A DNA stretch of 42,232 nucleotides from Planctomycetales bacterium. Its GTDB lineage: Bacteria > 4484-113. The stretch covers positions 1-42,232 of the forward strand of contig JBBIRS010000011.1 of NCBI GenBank assembly GCA_037441675.1. Reading direction: 5' to 3'. The translations under genes were made by a program, and so were the position numbers. The notes under the pieces are model-generated. The model ran no database searches and was not told where the DNA came from. It saw only the letters and a list, made by a program, of their open reading frames with translations. Of this stretch, positions 18,170 through 26,578 are shown piece by piece; the stretch's first letter is position 1, and the number at the start of each line of letters is the position of its first letter.

Positions 18170-19234
18170 TTACACCTTAAATTTCACCAGTATAATGTCG
18201 CCGTCTTGAACGAGGTAGTCACGCCCCTCCGTGCGCCAGAGGTTCCGCTCCCGAGCGCCCGATTCGCTTCCTGCGTTTATGAAGTCCTCAAAGGAAATCA
18301 CATCCGCGCGTATGAAACCCTTCGCCAAATCGCTGTGAATCTGACCCGCTGCGTCTATCGCCCTACCTCCACTTCTCACGCTCCATCCTCTCACTTCCTT
18401 CTCGTTAAACGTGTAAAATACAGATAGATTGAGCGCTGTCAGGATAGCTTTTTTGAGAGGTGGCAAAGGTGGTTCAGTTATACCGTAGGCTTTCCTGAAT
18501 TCCGCGCGTTCATTCTCATCATCCAGTTCCTCCAAATCTACCGCGAGTTTCACCGGAAGCGCACAACAAGCAACACCTTCATCGCCGAAATGTTCGCACA
18601 TTCCTTCTCTGATTTCAGTGCGCACAAACACATCCTCACCAAGATTCAACACCACTAGCCACGGGTGAGCGGTCAGCAACGCCAAATCCTTAAGTTCTTC
18701 CCGCTCATCTGGCGTTAATTCACTAGCCAACAGCTTTTGACTATCAAGTAGAGTGTTTATTTTAGTCAGGAGCTTGTATCTAGGGTCTTCTTCCGGATGT
18801 TTCATTGCCCTAAGTTTACTCTTCAAGTTCTTAATTGCGTTTTCAGCAACGGATAAATCCAGTACAAAAAGATCATCCCGAAACGCAGAGTAAACTTTCG
18901 GGAGCTTGCTCACGTCATACTCGCTCATAGCCTTTAGCACAACTAGCAAAAGGTCGGCTTGTTTTATCTGAGGGATAATCTGGTTTAGCAATCTTGACGG
19001 AGTCTTACTGGAAAAGCCTGGAAAATCCAGCACGGTTGCGCTAAGGGGAATGACGTTCGGTCGGTTCAGGACACCTTGTAGCGCGTTTATTCTCTTCTCA
19101 TCCAAAGAGCAGTTCCCGATTGGCGCAGAGAAGGATTCGGATAGAACTTCATCTTTGGGTTTGGTTTTGGTCAACAGTTCAAAAAGCTTGCTCTTTCCAG
19201 TGTCCTCGGGTCCGATTAACGCTATTTGCAGCAT
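18170..19234 (-). CDS. Divergent YchF/OLA1-like ATPase with DUF933/TGS C-terminus
   Basis: P-loop GPEDTGKS, LDFPG, LNLGE, and AAGQIHSDLAKGFIRADV...EGRDYLVQDGDII. Confidence 0.85.
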   Translation of the reverse strand: MLQIALIGPEDTGKSKLFELLTKTKPKDEVLSESFSAPIGNCSLDEKRINALQGVLNRPNVIPLSATVLDFPGFSSKTPSRLLNQIIPQIKQADLLLVVLKAMSEYDVSKLPKVYSAFRDDLFVLDLSVAENAIKNLKSKLRAMKHPEEDPRYKLLTKINTLLDSQKLLASELTPDEREELKDLALLTAHPWLVVLNLGEDVFVRTEIREGMCEHFGDEGVACCALPVKLAVDLEELDDENERAEFRKAYGITEPPLPPLKKAILTALNLSVFYTFNEKEVRGWSVRSGGRAIDAAGQIHSDLAKGFIRADVISFEDFINAGSESGARERNLWRTEGRDYLVQDGDIILVKFKV

Positions 19235-19449
19235 TATTATTACCCTCTTTTGATTTTATCAGAACTGCAAGGCACAGACAAAAAAGGACAGACAAAACTG
19301 AAGCTACACGGTTTCAGTTCTGAGAGTGCGGTCAGTGCAAAGGCTATAAGCTCTTCAAGAGGGATTTTCTCCGCACGGGATGTAAAGCCAGGTTATGCCA
19401 TCTTCATGTTCTTTAGGGTACAAACTTGTATCGCGCCGTCATCGTATTT

Positions 19450-19528
19450 TGTAGGGCGCAAGGCTTCTCCGCCTAGGCGGGCTTGCCTGCGTCGTTCATC
19501 ACGGCGGGAGCAAGCTCTCCACACTACA
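19450..19528. repeat. Inverted pair of GTAG-type REP-like palindromes (REPIN-like)
   Basis: TGTAG at 19450 and CTACA at 19524-19528, each next to a GC-rich imperfect hairpin; nested CCGCCTAGGCGG palindrome. Confidence 0.6.
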
Positions 19529-19556
19529 GTTTCCTCATCGCTCTCAGGCGCAAATT

Positions 19557-19884
19557 GATAGTCTCCACCTGCAATGGGATAAAGATCGCCTGCGTTGGCG
19601 ACAGTCATGACGTGCAAAGGCAGGTTATCAGAAAGCGGGGAAATGTTCTTGAAATTCTTGTTCAACTCAACGGAGGTTGAAAGGCACTGATCCCCAGTCC
19701 CAAAAAGGCAGATGAACCCATCACCAAGGCTCTTCATTATCTCGCCATTATTGCTTCTGACACATTAGGCGATTAGCTCGTTATGCCCCGCAATGGCATC
19801 CTGATACTCTTTGGGGAAGTACTAAACAAGATAACTTGAGCGATATATATCCGTTAACAAAATGAACGCCCTTCGCTCTGCTAC
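19557..19884 (-). pseudogene. Class III adenylate/guanylate cyclase N-terminal remnant
   Basis: One frame reads FILLTDIYRSSYLV*YFP..AGHNELIA*CVRSNNGEIMKSLGDGFICLF, with stops at 19822-19824 and 19765-19767. The C-terminal N...AAR motif is missing. Confidence 0.75.
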
Positions 19885-20065
19885 CCTATGTCCAACCTTA
19901 ACCTTCCCACCAACAAGAAAATTATATCATCTAGTGATGGGTTGGAGTTATGGATATATTTTCAAAGGCTGTAACACCCTTCGCCAAAGTTAAAGTCGTA
20001 TTAAATGCTGTTGCGGTAAAAAAAGATTTGCTGAAGATTGGCGAATACTTAAGCTTCCTTAGAAG

Positions 20066-21037
20066 CTATTGTTTATTAGTCTCACTAGCGTAATTCAAAA
20101 TCAAATTCAAAAGCAATAGACCCACCGCTCGCAAACTATCCTCGCTGCACTTATCTGGAGTATCCTCTAAGGTATGCCAATACGGGTAGTCAAGGTCAAT
20201 AAGGAGGGCGGACTTAATTTTAGCATCAATAAGCGACAAATGGTCATCATAAACTACTCTAGGTGAAAGTGCCAATAAAACTTTTAGTCCAAGCTGATCT
20301 TGAAGTTCAAAGAGTGAGTTATACACCTCAGGCGCGGACTTTTCGGATGCGCTCTCCGGAATAATCTCCAGCTCGCTATCTCCTACCATATCTACAACAA
20401 TGCCAAATTTGATTTTTTGCTTCAAATCTGAAGAAAGATTTTGCGCGAAGTGCCTGCTCCCATAGAACATGCAAGAGAGCGATTTTCCGTAATCCTCACC
20501 GTCAAAAAAAACTAGAATTACTCCGAAATTTGGAGGCAATTTGCCATGCAATGCTCTAGCAAGTTCAAGTAAAATCGCTACACCGCTTGCGCCATCGTTC
20601 GCACCAGGAATAGGCGTATTTCTATTCTTTTCGTAGTCCTTATCTGCGAAGGGACGCGTGTCATAATGGGCTCCGAGAAGAATAAAATTCTTCGCTCTAT
20701 GGTTAATAAAGGCGATTACATTAAACATCTCAATTTGAGATAAACCACTTTTAGCAATAAATGCCTGTTCTTCCACTCTATCCGTAAAGGGTTTTAGTTG
20801 TTCTTTGATATAGGCTCTAGCTCTTAAATGCGGTGGAGTGCCTGGCACCCTTGGACCAAATTCCACCTGCTTTTTTAGATGTTTGAATGCCCTACCACCG
20901 GAAAAATCAAAGGTGATTATCTTCAGCACAGGTACTGCACCGGAAAAACCCGAACAGATGATACTTAAGATCACAAAGAGTTGAAAAAGTGCCTTTAATA
21001 ATTTGAGCCAACGACGTAGTTTTTGGGTTCCATTCAT
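20066..21037 (-). CDS. Exported M28-family peptidase / glutaminyl cyclase-like
   Basis: FGPRVPG, GAHYDTRP, GANDGASG, FFDGED, VDMVG, DDH and YWHT. Confidence 0.92.
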   Translation of the reverse strand: MNGTQKLRRWLKLLKALFQLFVILSIICSGFSGAVPVLKIITFDFSGGRAFKHLKKQVEFGPRVPGTPPHLRARAYIKEQLKPFTDRVEEQAFIAKSGLSQIEMFNVIAFINHRAKNFILLGAHYDTRPFADKDYEKNRNTPIPGANDGASGVAILLELARALHGKLPPNFGVILVFFDGEDYGKSLSCMFYGSRHFAQNLSSDLKQKIKFGIVVDMVGDSELEIIPESASEKSAPEVYNSLFELQDQLGLKVLLALSPRVVYDDHLSLIDAKIKSALLIDLDYPYWHTLEDTPDKCSEDSLRAVGLLLLNLILNYASETNKQ

Positions 21038-21128
21038 TATGTGTATTTACCTTTAGCGGTAAATTCTACTATACAAGTATAAGACCTTGCGATAAGATTT
21101 TAAGCAACTCTCAAGGAGATGGTTAGAG

Positions 21129-22574
21129 ATGAAGTTGGATGGGTTTCTATTAAAACTATTTTTATTTATACTTCTCATACTTTTTCTCATTTCATATCCA
21201 CAATCATATCCACAAGCTCAATACTTAACTCCTGAGGACGAGTTAGCAATATCCGGCTTTGAACAAGTTGCTACTGAAATTGAGCATTACTTCGGAGATA
21301 AAGGCTTTTATCCATTGAGACTTAGTGATTTGATTACAGAAAAGTACTTAGCCGAATTCCCAATAAATCCATACAAACCAGGTGAAAAGATGAAGCAAAT
21401 CCCTTTCTGTGAGTTCTACCCTGGTGGACTTGTTTATCTCCCCTACTCTCTTGGCGGAGAGTCTATTGACAATTTCGTACTTGGTCTTTTGGGTGGTAAA
21501 TCAACTGGTGATGAGCTCAGAATAGCTACTTCTTTCACTGAGGACCAAATAGATCAAATTATCAAGTCAGGAGAGCGTTGGAAGATTGTAAAGCTTCCGC
21601 AAAGTATCGTTAAAAGTTTAGATTCTATGATGAAGCAGATTGCGTTGGATATTCAATCAAAGCTCGAAGAATACTTTGAAGAGGAAGGCGAATACCCAGT
21701 TGACTTGAAAACACTAAAGGAGGGGGGATATCTGGAGGAATATCCTGATAATCCTTATTACCTTCTCAGCTCTACGGCGCAGGAAAAGGTTGAATTTACA
21801 GCAGACATTGATAACGCAATGTCAGGCGGAATTTTGACTTACTATCCATATTCCATTGACGGGAAACAATTGAGGGATTACTTTCTAGGAGCTACCGGAA
21901 TCAGAGAATCGGAAAGGCTCGACCTATTCTACGCTCTGACAAGATGGGACGGGCTTTATGAACTTCTTCCTGAGAATGTGAAAAGTGACGAGAGGAAGGA
22001 AGGGTATATTATCTGGTTGAAAAATGAAGGCAAGGGTGGCAACCCCGCAGGTTATACCTTCCTCAAAGAACATCCAGAATACATTCTTCACGATGCCACT
22101 TGGTTGAAAGGTCAGCCGGATTACCGCGCAAGGGATCAGCTTTTTCAAATTCAGATCTCGCTTGCAAGGTACTATTTTGACAATGGTGTCTATCCGCCGA
22201 ATCTTGACGTTCTTGTTGAGCAAGGATATTGTTACTGGCTACTGAATCCGTATGCGGACACCATTCCAAATGCGCCTAAATGGATGAAGCCAGTAAAGCC
22301 CGGGGAGTTTACGCCAGGAGGAATAGTGTATCTTCCTTATACTCCAACGTGGGGAGACTGGCAGGGGAAAGGATTAGTAGCTTACGAGCTTCTTCTTCTA
22401 GGCTCTGCCCTCGATAGTGGGATGGATGTTGGCAGTGAAACACCTGATGGCTGGAAGTATCATTGGCAATGGGACAATTATCCTGCACCTCTTGGGTTTG
22501 CTCCCGGTTTTGATGGAAAGCCTGATGGTGTAATACTGATCCTCAGCTCAAGACCTGAAAACCACGAGGACTAA
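21129..22574 (+). CDS. Exported or membrane-anchored protein with three pilin/GspG-head-like repeats
   Basis: AAGGAG RBS, hydrophobic N-terminus and three copies of I/L-E/A-x-Y-x3-G-x-YP-x2-L-x2-L-x4-Y...NPY...GG..Y.PY. Confidence 0.7.
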   Translation: MKLDGFLLKLFLFILLILFLISYPQSYPQAQYLTPEDELAISGFEQVATEIEHYFGDKGFYPLRLSDLITEKYLAEFPINPYKPGEKMKQIPFCEFYPGGLVYLPYSLGGESIDNFVLGLLGGKSTGDELRIATSFTEDQIDQIIKSGERWKIVKLPQSIVKSLDSMMKQIALDIQSKLEEYFEEEGEYPVDLKTLKEGGYLEEYPDNPYYLLSSTAQEKVEFTADIDNAMSGGILTYYPYSIDGKQLRDYFLGATGIRESERLDLFYALTRWDGLYELLPENVKSDERKEGYIIWLKNEGKGGNPAGYTFLKEHPEYILHDATWLKGQPDYRARDQLFQIQISLARYYFDNGVYPPNLDVLVEQGYCYWLLNPYADTIPNAPKWMKPVKPGEFTPGGIVYLPYTPTWGDWQGKGLVAYELLLLGSALDSGMDVGSETPDGWKYHWQWDNYPAPLGFAPGFDGKPDGVILILSSRPENHED

Positions 22575-22822
22575 CACGCTAGCAAAAGAGAAGAAGCATC
22601 TTGATAGTTATACCAACGTAGTTATACCATCGGTGAGAGGAGCAGAGAAATTAGGCTAACAGTTCTTCCACTTTAGATTAAGCTTTCTCTCAAGAAAATC
22701 GTCCAACCTCTTGCTTTTAAGAGATTTTTGCTATAATCTTTGCCAACTGGGAGGAGGAAATAAGTTAGGACTAATTAATTCCCAGTTTGTTAAAGTATAA
22801 ATAAATCATAAGGGGGTTACTG

Positions 22823-23557
22823 ATGTTTTCACTTGATTTTGGTTCTATTTTTAGTGGAGGTTGGCAGAGATTCATTAGTAACATTGGCTCCGTCCTACTC
22901 TATTCTATAATTTACATTATTGGGGTAATTGTACTTACTATTCCTTTCTTTATAATTGTGGGTCCCGCTTTTTTATCCATTCTCCTAGGTCTTAAGCGCG
23001 GCGCAATGCTCGGTGGTTCCATTTTCCTTTTCATTATCATCGCTATTATCGTTGGTATTGTCGGTCTTGGCTGGGGAGCCGGATTTGCCAGCGTCCTAAA
23101 GAAACTCGTCCTTGGCGAAAAAGCAGATTTTACCGATATGTTCAGTCAATTTGGAAAACTCCTTCAGTTGGTTATTTTCTCCATATTGGCGTATATCGCA
23201 ATTGCCATCGGTTTGATTATTCTAATAATTCCCGGTCTTTTCCTTATGATTGCTTGGTCTCAAGCATTTTACCTTATTATTGACAAGAATTTAGATGCAA
23301 TAAGCGCAATGAAAACGTCCTGGGACAGAGTCCTCAAGGATTTTTGGACGGTAACTGGGGTTTTCATCCTTTTGATTGTTATTATTGCGATACTTTCCTT
23401 TATCCTTGGTCTGATACCTATCCTTGGACAACTCGTGCTAAACCTTTTTGTTGTGCCATTTATGTTTATGGTTCTCTGGGCTCTCTACTTCGCGCTATTC
23501 CCACGCGAGGAGGCTCAACCTACTGCAACTGAAGCAACTCCCTCCACTACAACTTAG
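22823..23557 (+). CDS. Integral membrane protein of unknown function
   Basis: About 5-6 TM helices; IIPGLFL...AFYLIID...AISAMKTSW pattern; AAGGGGG RBS. Confidence 0.85.
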   Translation: MFSLDFGSIFSGGWQRFISNIGSVLLYSIIYIIGVIVLTIPFFIIVGPAFLSILLGLKRGAMLGGSIFLFIIIAIIVGIVGLGWGAGFASVLKKLVLGEKADFTDMFSQFGKLLQLVIFSILAYIAIAIGLIILIIPGLFLMIAWSQAFYLIIDKNLDAISAMKTSWDRVLKDFWTVTGVFILLIVIIAILSFILGLIPILGQLVLNLFVVPFMFMVLWALYFALFPREEAQPTATEATPSTTT

Positions 23558-23722
23558 CCATTTTTTCATAGATTGACTAGTTGGCTCGTTGATACTGAGT
23601 TTCTGTACTTAGCAAACTAGCTATGCGTAGTTATTTAACTAGTCGTAAGAGCTTAGATATGCGAAAGGCTACTAAAAAATCTAAATTTTTCTGAATAATT
23701 CTTTGAATCCTAGAAAATGAGA

Positions 23723-23751
23723 TTGACGTTCAGATAATAAAGTGCTAAAGT
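23723..23751 (+). promoter_or_regulatory. Sigma70-type promoter of the S8 peptidase
   Basis: TTGACG-N17-TAAAGT with an extended -10 TG; AAGGAGG RBS downstream. Confidence 0.65.
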
Positions 23752-23797
23752 TATTAGCCTTGCAAGATAGATATTCCTGAAGGAGGCAGATTTTTTT

Positions 23798-25036
23798 ATG
23801 AAAATTTATTTCAAAACGCTCACTATAGCCATAATGGTTATCACTCTCGCATCTTGTTCTGGAAGCTTAAATTATCACGCGTCCAACTATAACCGAATTA
23901 GTTACACCGAGCATGGGGTCTCAACAGCACCATCCAGTGAAATTATCCCAGATAGATACATTGTCGTGCTAAAGGATACAGTAGTAGATGTTCCAAGAGT
24001 ATCCGCAGAAATTGCCACCTCTGTTGGCATAAAGCCCGAGAGAATTTATAAGTATGCTATAAAAGGTTTCTCCGCGAACATACCGGTAAATTCTCTTGGC
24101 TTAACAAAGAAGAACGCACAAGTATCTTCTGTTGAGCCTGACCTTGTTTTACACGCAGCGCCTAAGCCCGGTGGTGGCGGTGGTGGTGGCGGAAGTACTG
24201 GTGAGGATCTTCCGTGGGGAATAGATAGAATTGACGCGGAGAAGAACACTGGTCCTAAAGGATCAGGCGTCGCAGTCGCCATCTTTGACACCGGGGTAGA
24301 TACAGACCATCCTGAGCTTTCCGCCAACTATAAGGGAGGATATGACTTTGTTAATAACGATTCATCCCCTGAAGATGATAATGGTCATGGAACACACGTT
24401 GCTGGTATCATTGCGGCGGATAATAACGGTAGTGGAATAATTGGAGTCGCTCCAGATGCGGGTATCGTCGCGATAAAAGTTCTTAATGCCAGTGGCTCAG
24501 GCAGTCTTAGCGGAATTATCGCTGGAATTGACTGGGCAATCGCTAACAAAGATGCATTCGGTATTAAAGTTGCTAATTTCAGTCTTGGCACTTATGGCAC
24601 AAGCGATGCTTTCCATACTGCGATTGCTAATCTCTACAACGCCGGAGTGACCATTTCTGCTGCTGCTGGGAACGACAAATGGTGGGCGGATAGTTTTATT
24701 CCCGCATCCTACCCTGAAGTTCTTTGCGTTTCTGCCTTAGCATCTGGTGACAAGTTTGCCAGTTTCAGTAACTACGGTTACGTGGTTGATTTAATCGCTC
24801 CTGGCGACAGCATTAAATCCACCTGGCTTGGTGGTGGCTTCGCCACTTTATCAGGAACGTCCATGGCCGCGCCTCATGTGGCAGGCGCAGCAGCTCTCTG
24901 GCTGGATAGCCACTTCGGTAGTCCTGCTGACGTGATGAACGCACTTATATCAACTGGTGAAGCTCCAAGGCGTGGGAAATGGTCCGGAGACCCTGATGGT
25001 ATTGCGGAACCACTCGTTGACGCCGAAACGTTGTAA
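23798..25036 (+). CDS. Subtilisin-like S8 serine peptidase lipoprotein with I9 propeptide
   Basis: Lipobox LASC, I9 domain (YIVVLK...GFSA), poly-Gly linker, catalytic triad FDTG / HGTHVAG / GTSMAAPHVAG. Confidence 0.95.
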   Translation: MKIYFKTLTIAIMVITLASCSGSLNYHASNYNRISYTEHGVSTAPSSEIIPDRYIVVLKDTVVDVPRVSAEIATSVGIKPERIYKYAIKGFSANIPVNSLGLTKKNAQVSSVEPDLVLHAAPKPGGGGGGGGSTGEDLPWGIDRIDAEKNTGPKGSGVAVAIFDTGVDTDHPELSANYKGGYDFVNNDSSPEDDNGHGTHVAGIIAADNNGSGIIGVAPDAGIVAIKVLNASGSGSLSGIIAGIDWAIANKDAFGIKVANFSLGTYGTSDAFHTAIANLYNAGVTISAAAGNDKWWADSFIPASYPEVLCVSALASGDKFASFSNYGYVVDLIAPGDSIKSTWLGGGFATLSGTSMAAPHVAGAAALWLDSHFGSPADVMNALISTGEAPRRGKWSGDPDGIAEPLVDAETL

Positions 25037-25201
25037 GGACTTCTAATCACGAAGAAAAACGCAATTGCTCAACCTTAAAGAGGAAACTTGGGTTCAGTGG
25101 TTTGTAGATACCGTCGACTCACCTAGATGTAGGCAAATAATTTTCTCGCTATTACTCTCTTAAATTCCCCCATTGTGGACGGCAGAGTGGAAGTAATTTT
25201 C

Positions 25202-26467
25202 CTACAAGACGACATAGGCGGATTGAAGCAATAAAATTGCTTCAGTCAAGTGCTCTTCTGTCAATTCTTTGGGAACGTACATTCTTGCCAATACATCACC
25301 TGCGTTCACAAAATCACCGACTTTCTTCTGAAGTTCAACTCCAACCCAAGGGTTAATCTCTGCATCCATTATTGCTCTGCCTCCACCTAGGTTGCGAACT
25401 ACCTGTCCAACTGTGAACGCGTTAAGCTGAGTTATGCAACCTGCATTAGGGGATGTAACATCAAGTATATCTACCATATCGGCTATCTTATCAATCTGTC
25501 TAGTGAAAGCATTTAGATCTCCACCTTGAGCTTCCACCATCTCATAGAACTTCTTTTCCGCCATATGGTTTTCAATAAGTTCAACAAGCCTAGCCTTTGC
25601 CTCCTCCTCAGGCATAACCCCTGCCAACTTTATTACTTCCGCGCCTAGATGAATTACCAAATGAGCAACACTACTTTCGACATCTCCCCTTTCCAAAATA
25701 TCAATAACCTCTTTAACCTCTAAGGCGTTTCCCACAAATCTGCCCAGGGGTTGGTTCATATCAGTTATAACTGAGCTTAATTGAATTGGAAACTGTTCGG
25801 AAACTAGCTGAGCCTCGCTGGCAAAGGCGGTAGCATCTCCAAAGGTCTTAAAGAACGCGCCTAATCCACACTTAACATCAATGACAACTGCATCAGCTCC
25901 GCCCACAATTTTCTTGGAAAGAATACTAGAAACAATTAGCGGAAGCGAATTAACCGTCGCAGTAGCATCTCTAAGCGCATAGAGTTTCTTCTCCGCAGGC
26001 ACAAGTTTCTCGCTTTGACTAACAATGGCGCATCCTACATCTTCTAGCTGATTAAAAAGCTCATCTCTTGTCAGCTCCACTCTAAGTCCTGGAATAGATT
26101 CTAATTTATCAATAGTTCCGCCAGTATGACCCAATCCTCTCCCACTCATTTTAGGCACCTTGAAACCGGCAGCGGATAGTAGCGGAACTAAAATCAAAGA
26201 TGTCTTGTCCCCAACACCCCCCGTTGAGTGCTTATCCAAGACTGGCTTGAACTCCTTCGGGTATGTAAGTCTCTCACTGGATTCTAACAAGGCATTTGTT
26301 AACGCTACAGTTTCGCTTCTCGCTAAGCCTTGAAAATAAATTGCCATTAGGAATGCGGAAATCTGATAATCAGGAATACTACCCTTCGTAACACCGCGGA
26401 CGAACCTCAGTATTTCATCTGAGTTAAGTTTTTCACCAGCTTGTTTCTTCTCAATCAGGGAAAGCAT
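25202..26467 (-). CDS. pdp: Pyrimidine-nucleoside / thymidine phosphorylase
   Basis: DKHSTGGVGDK, KMSGRGLGHTGGTIDKLESIPG, LYALRDATAT and SILSKK. Confidence 0.95.
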   Translation of the reverse strand: MLSLIEKKQAGEKLNSDEILRFVRGVTKGSIPDYQISAFLMAIYFQGLARSETVALTNALLESSERLTYPKEFKPVLDKHSTGGVGDKTSLILVPLLSAAGFKVPKMSGRGLGHTGGTIDKLESIPGLRVELTRDELFNQLEDVGCAIVSQSEKLVPAEKKLYALRDATATVNSLPLIVSSILSKKIVGGADAVVIDVKCGLGAFFKTFGDATAFASEAQLVSEQFPIQLSSVITDMNQPLGRFVGNALEVKEVIDILERGDVESSVAHLVIHLGAEVIKLAGVMPEEEAKARLVELIENHMAEKKFYEMVEAQGGDLNAFTRQIDKIADMVDILDVTSPNAGCITQLNAFTVGQVVRNLGGGRAIMDAEINPWVGVELQKKVGDFVNAGDVLARMYVPKELTEEHLTEAILLLQSAYVVL

Positions 26468-26578
26468 TAACGATCACGGAGAGTATTTTAGCAGTAAATC
26501 GCTTATAATGCATAAGGAACGGGAACACCTAGAAAGAGACAATTTTATCCAGAGCGCTTTGAAGAGTAGAATTCGCCT

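Noticed and set aside
18030..18170. tRNA-Pro as an integration site for a genomic island
   Set aside because: I saw no integrase and no duplicated tRNA 3' end in the window.
19393..19737. 114-aa ORF as a real protein
   Set aside because: It is a chimera of the cyclase remnant and REP-like DNA.
24170..24193. GGT/GGC trinucleotide run in the S8 peptidase
   Set aside because: It is an in-frame poly-Gly linker between propeptide and catalytic domain, not a frameshifting tract.
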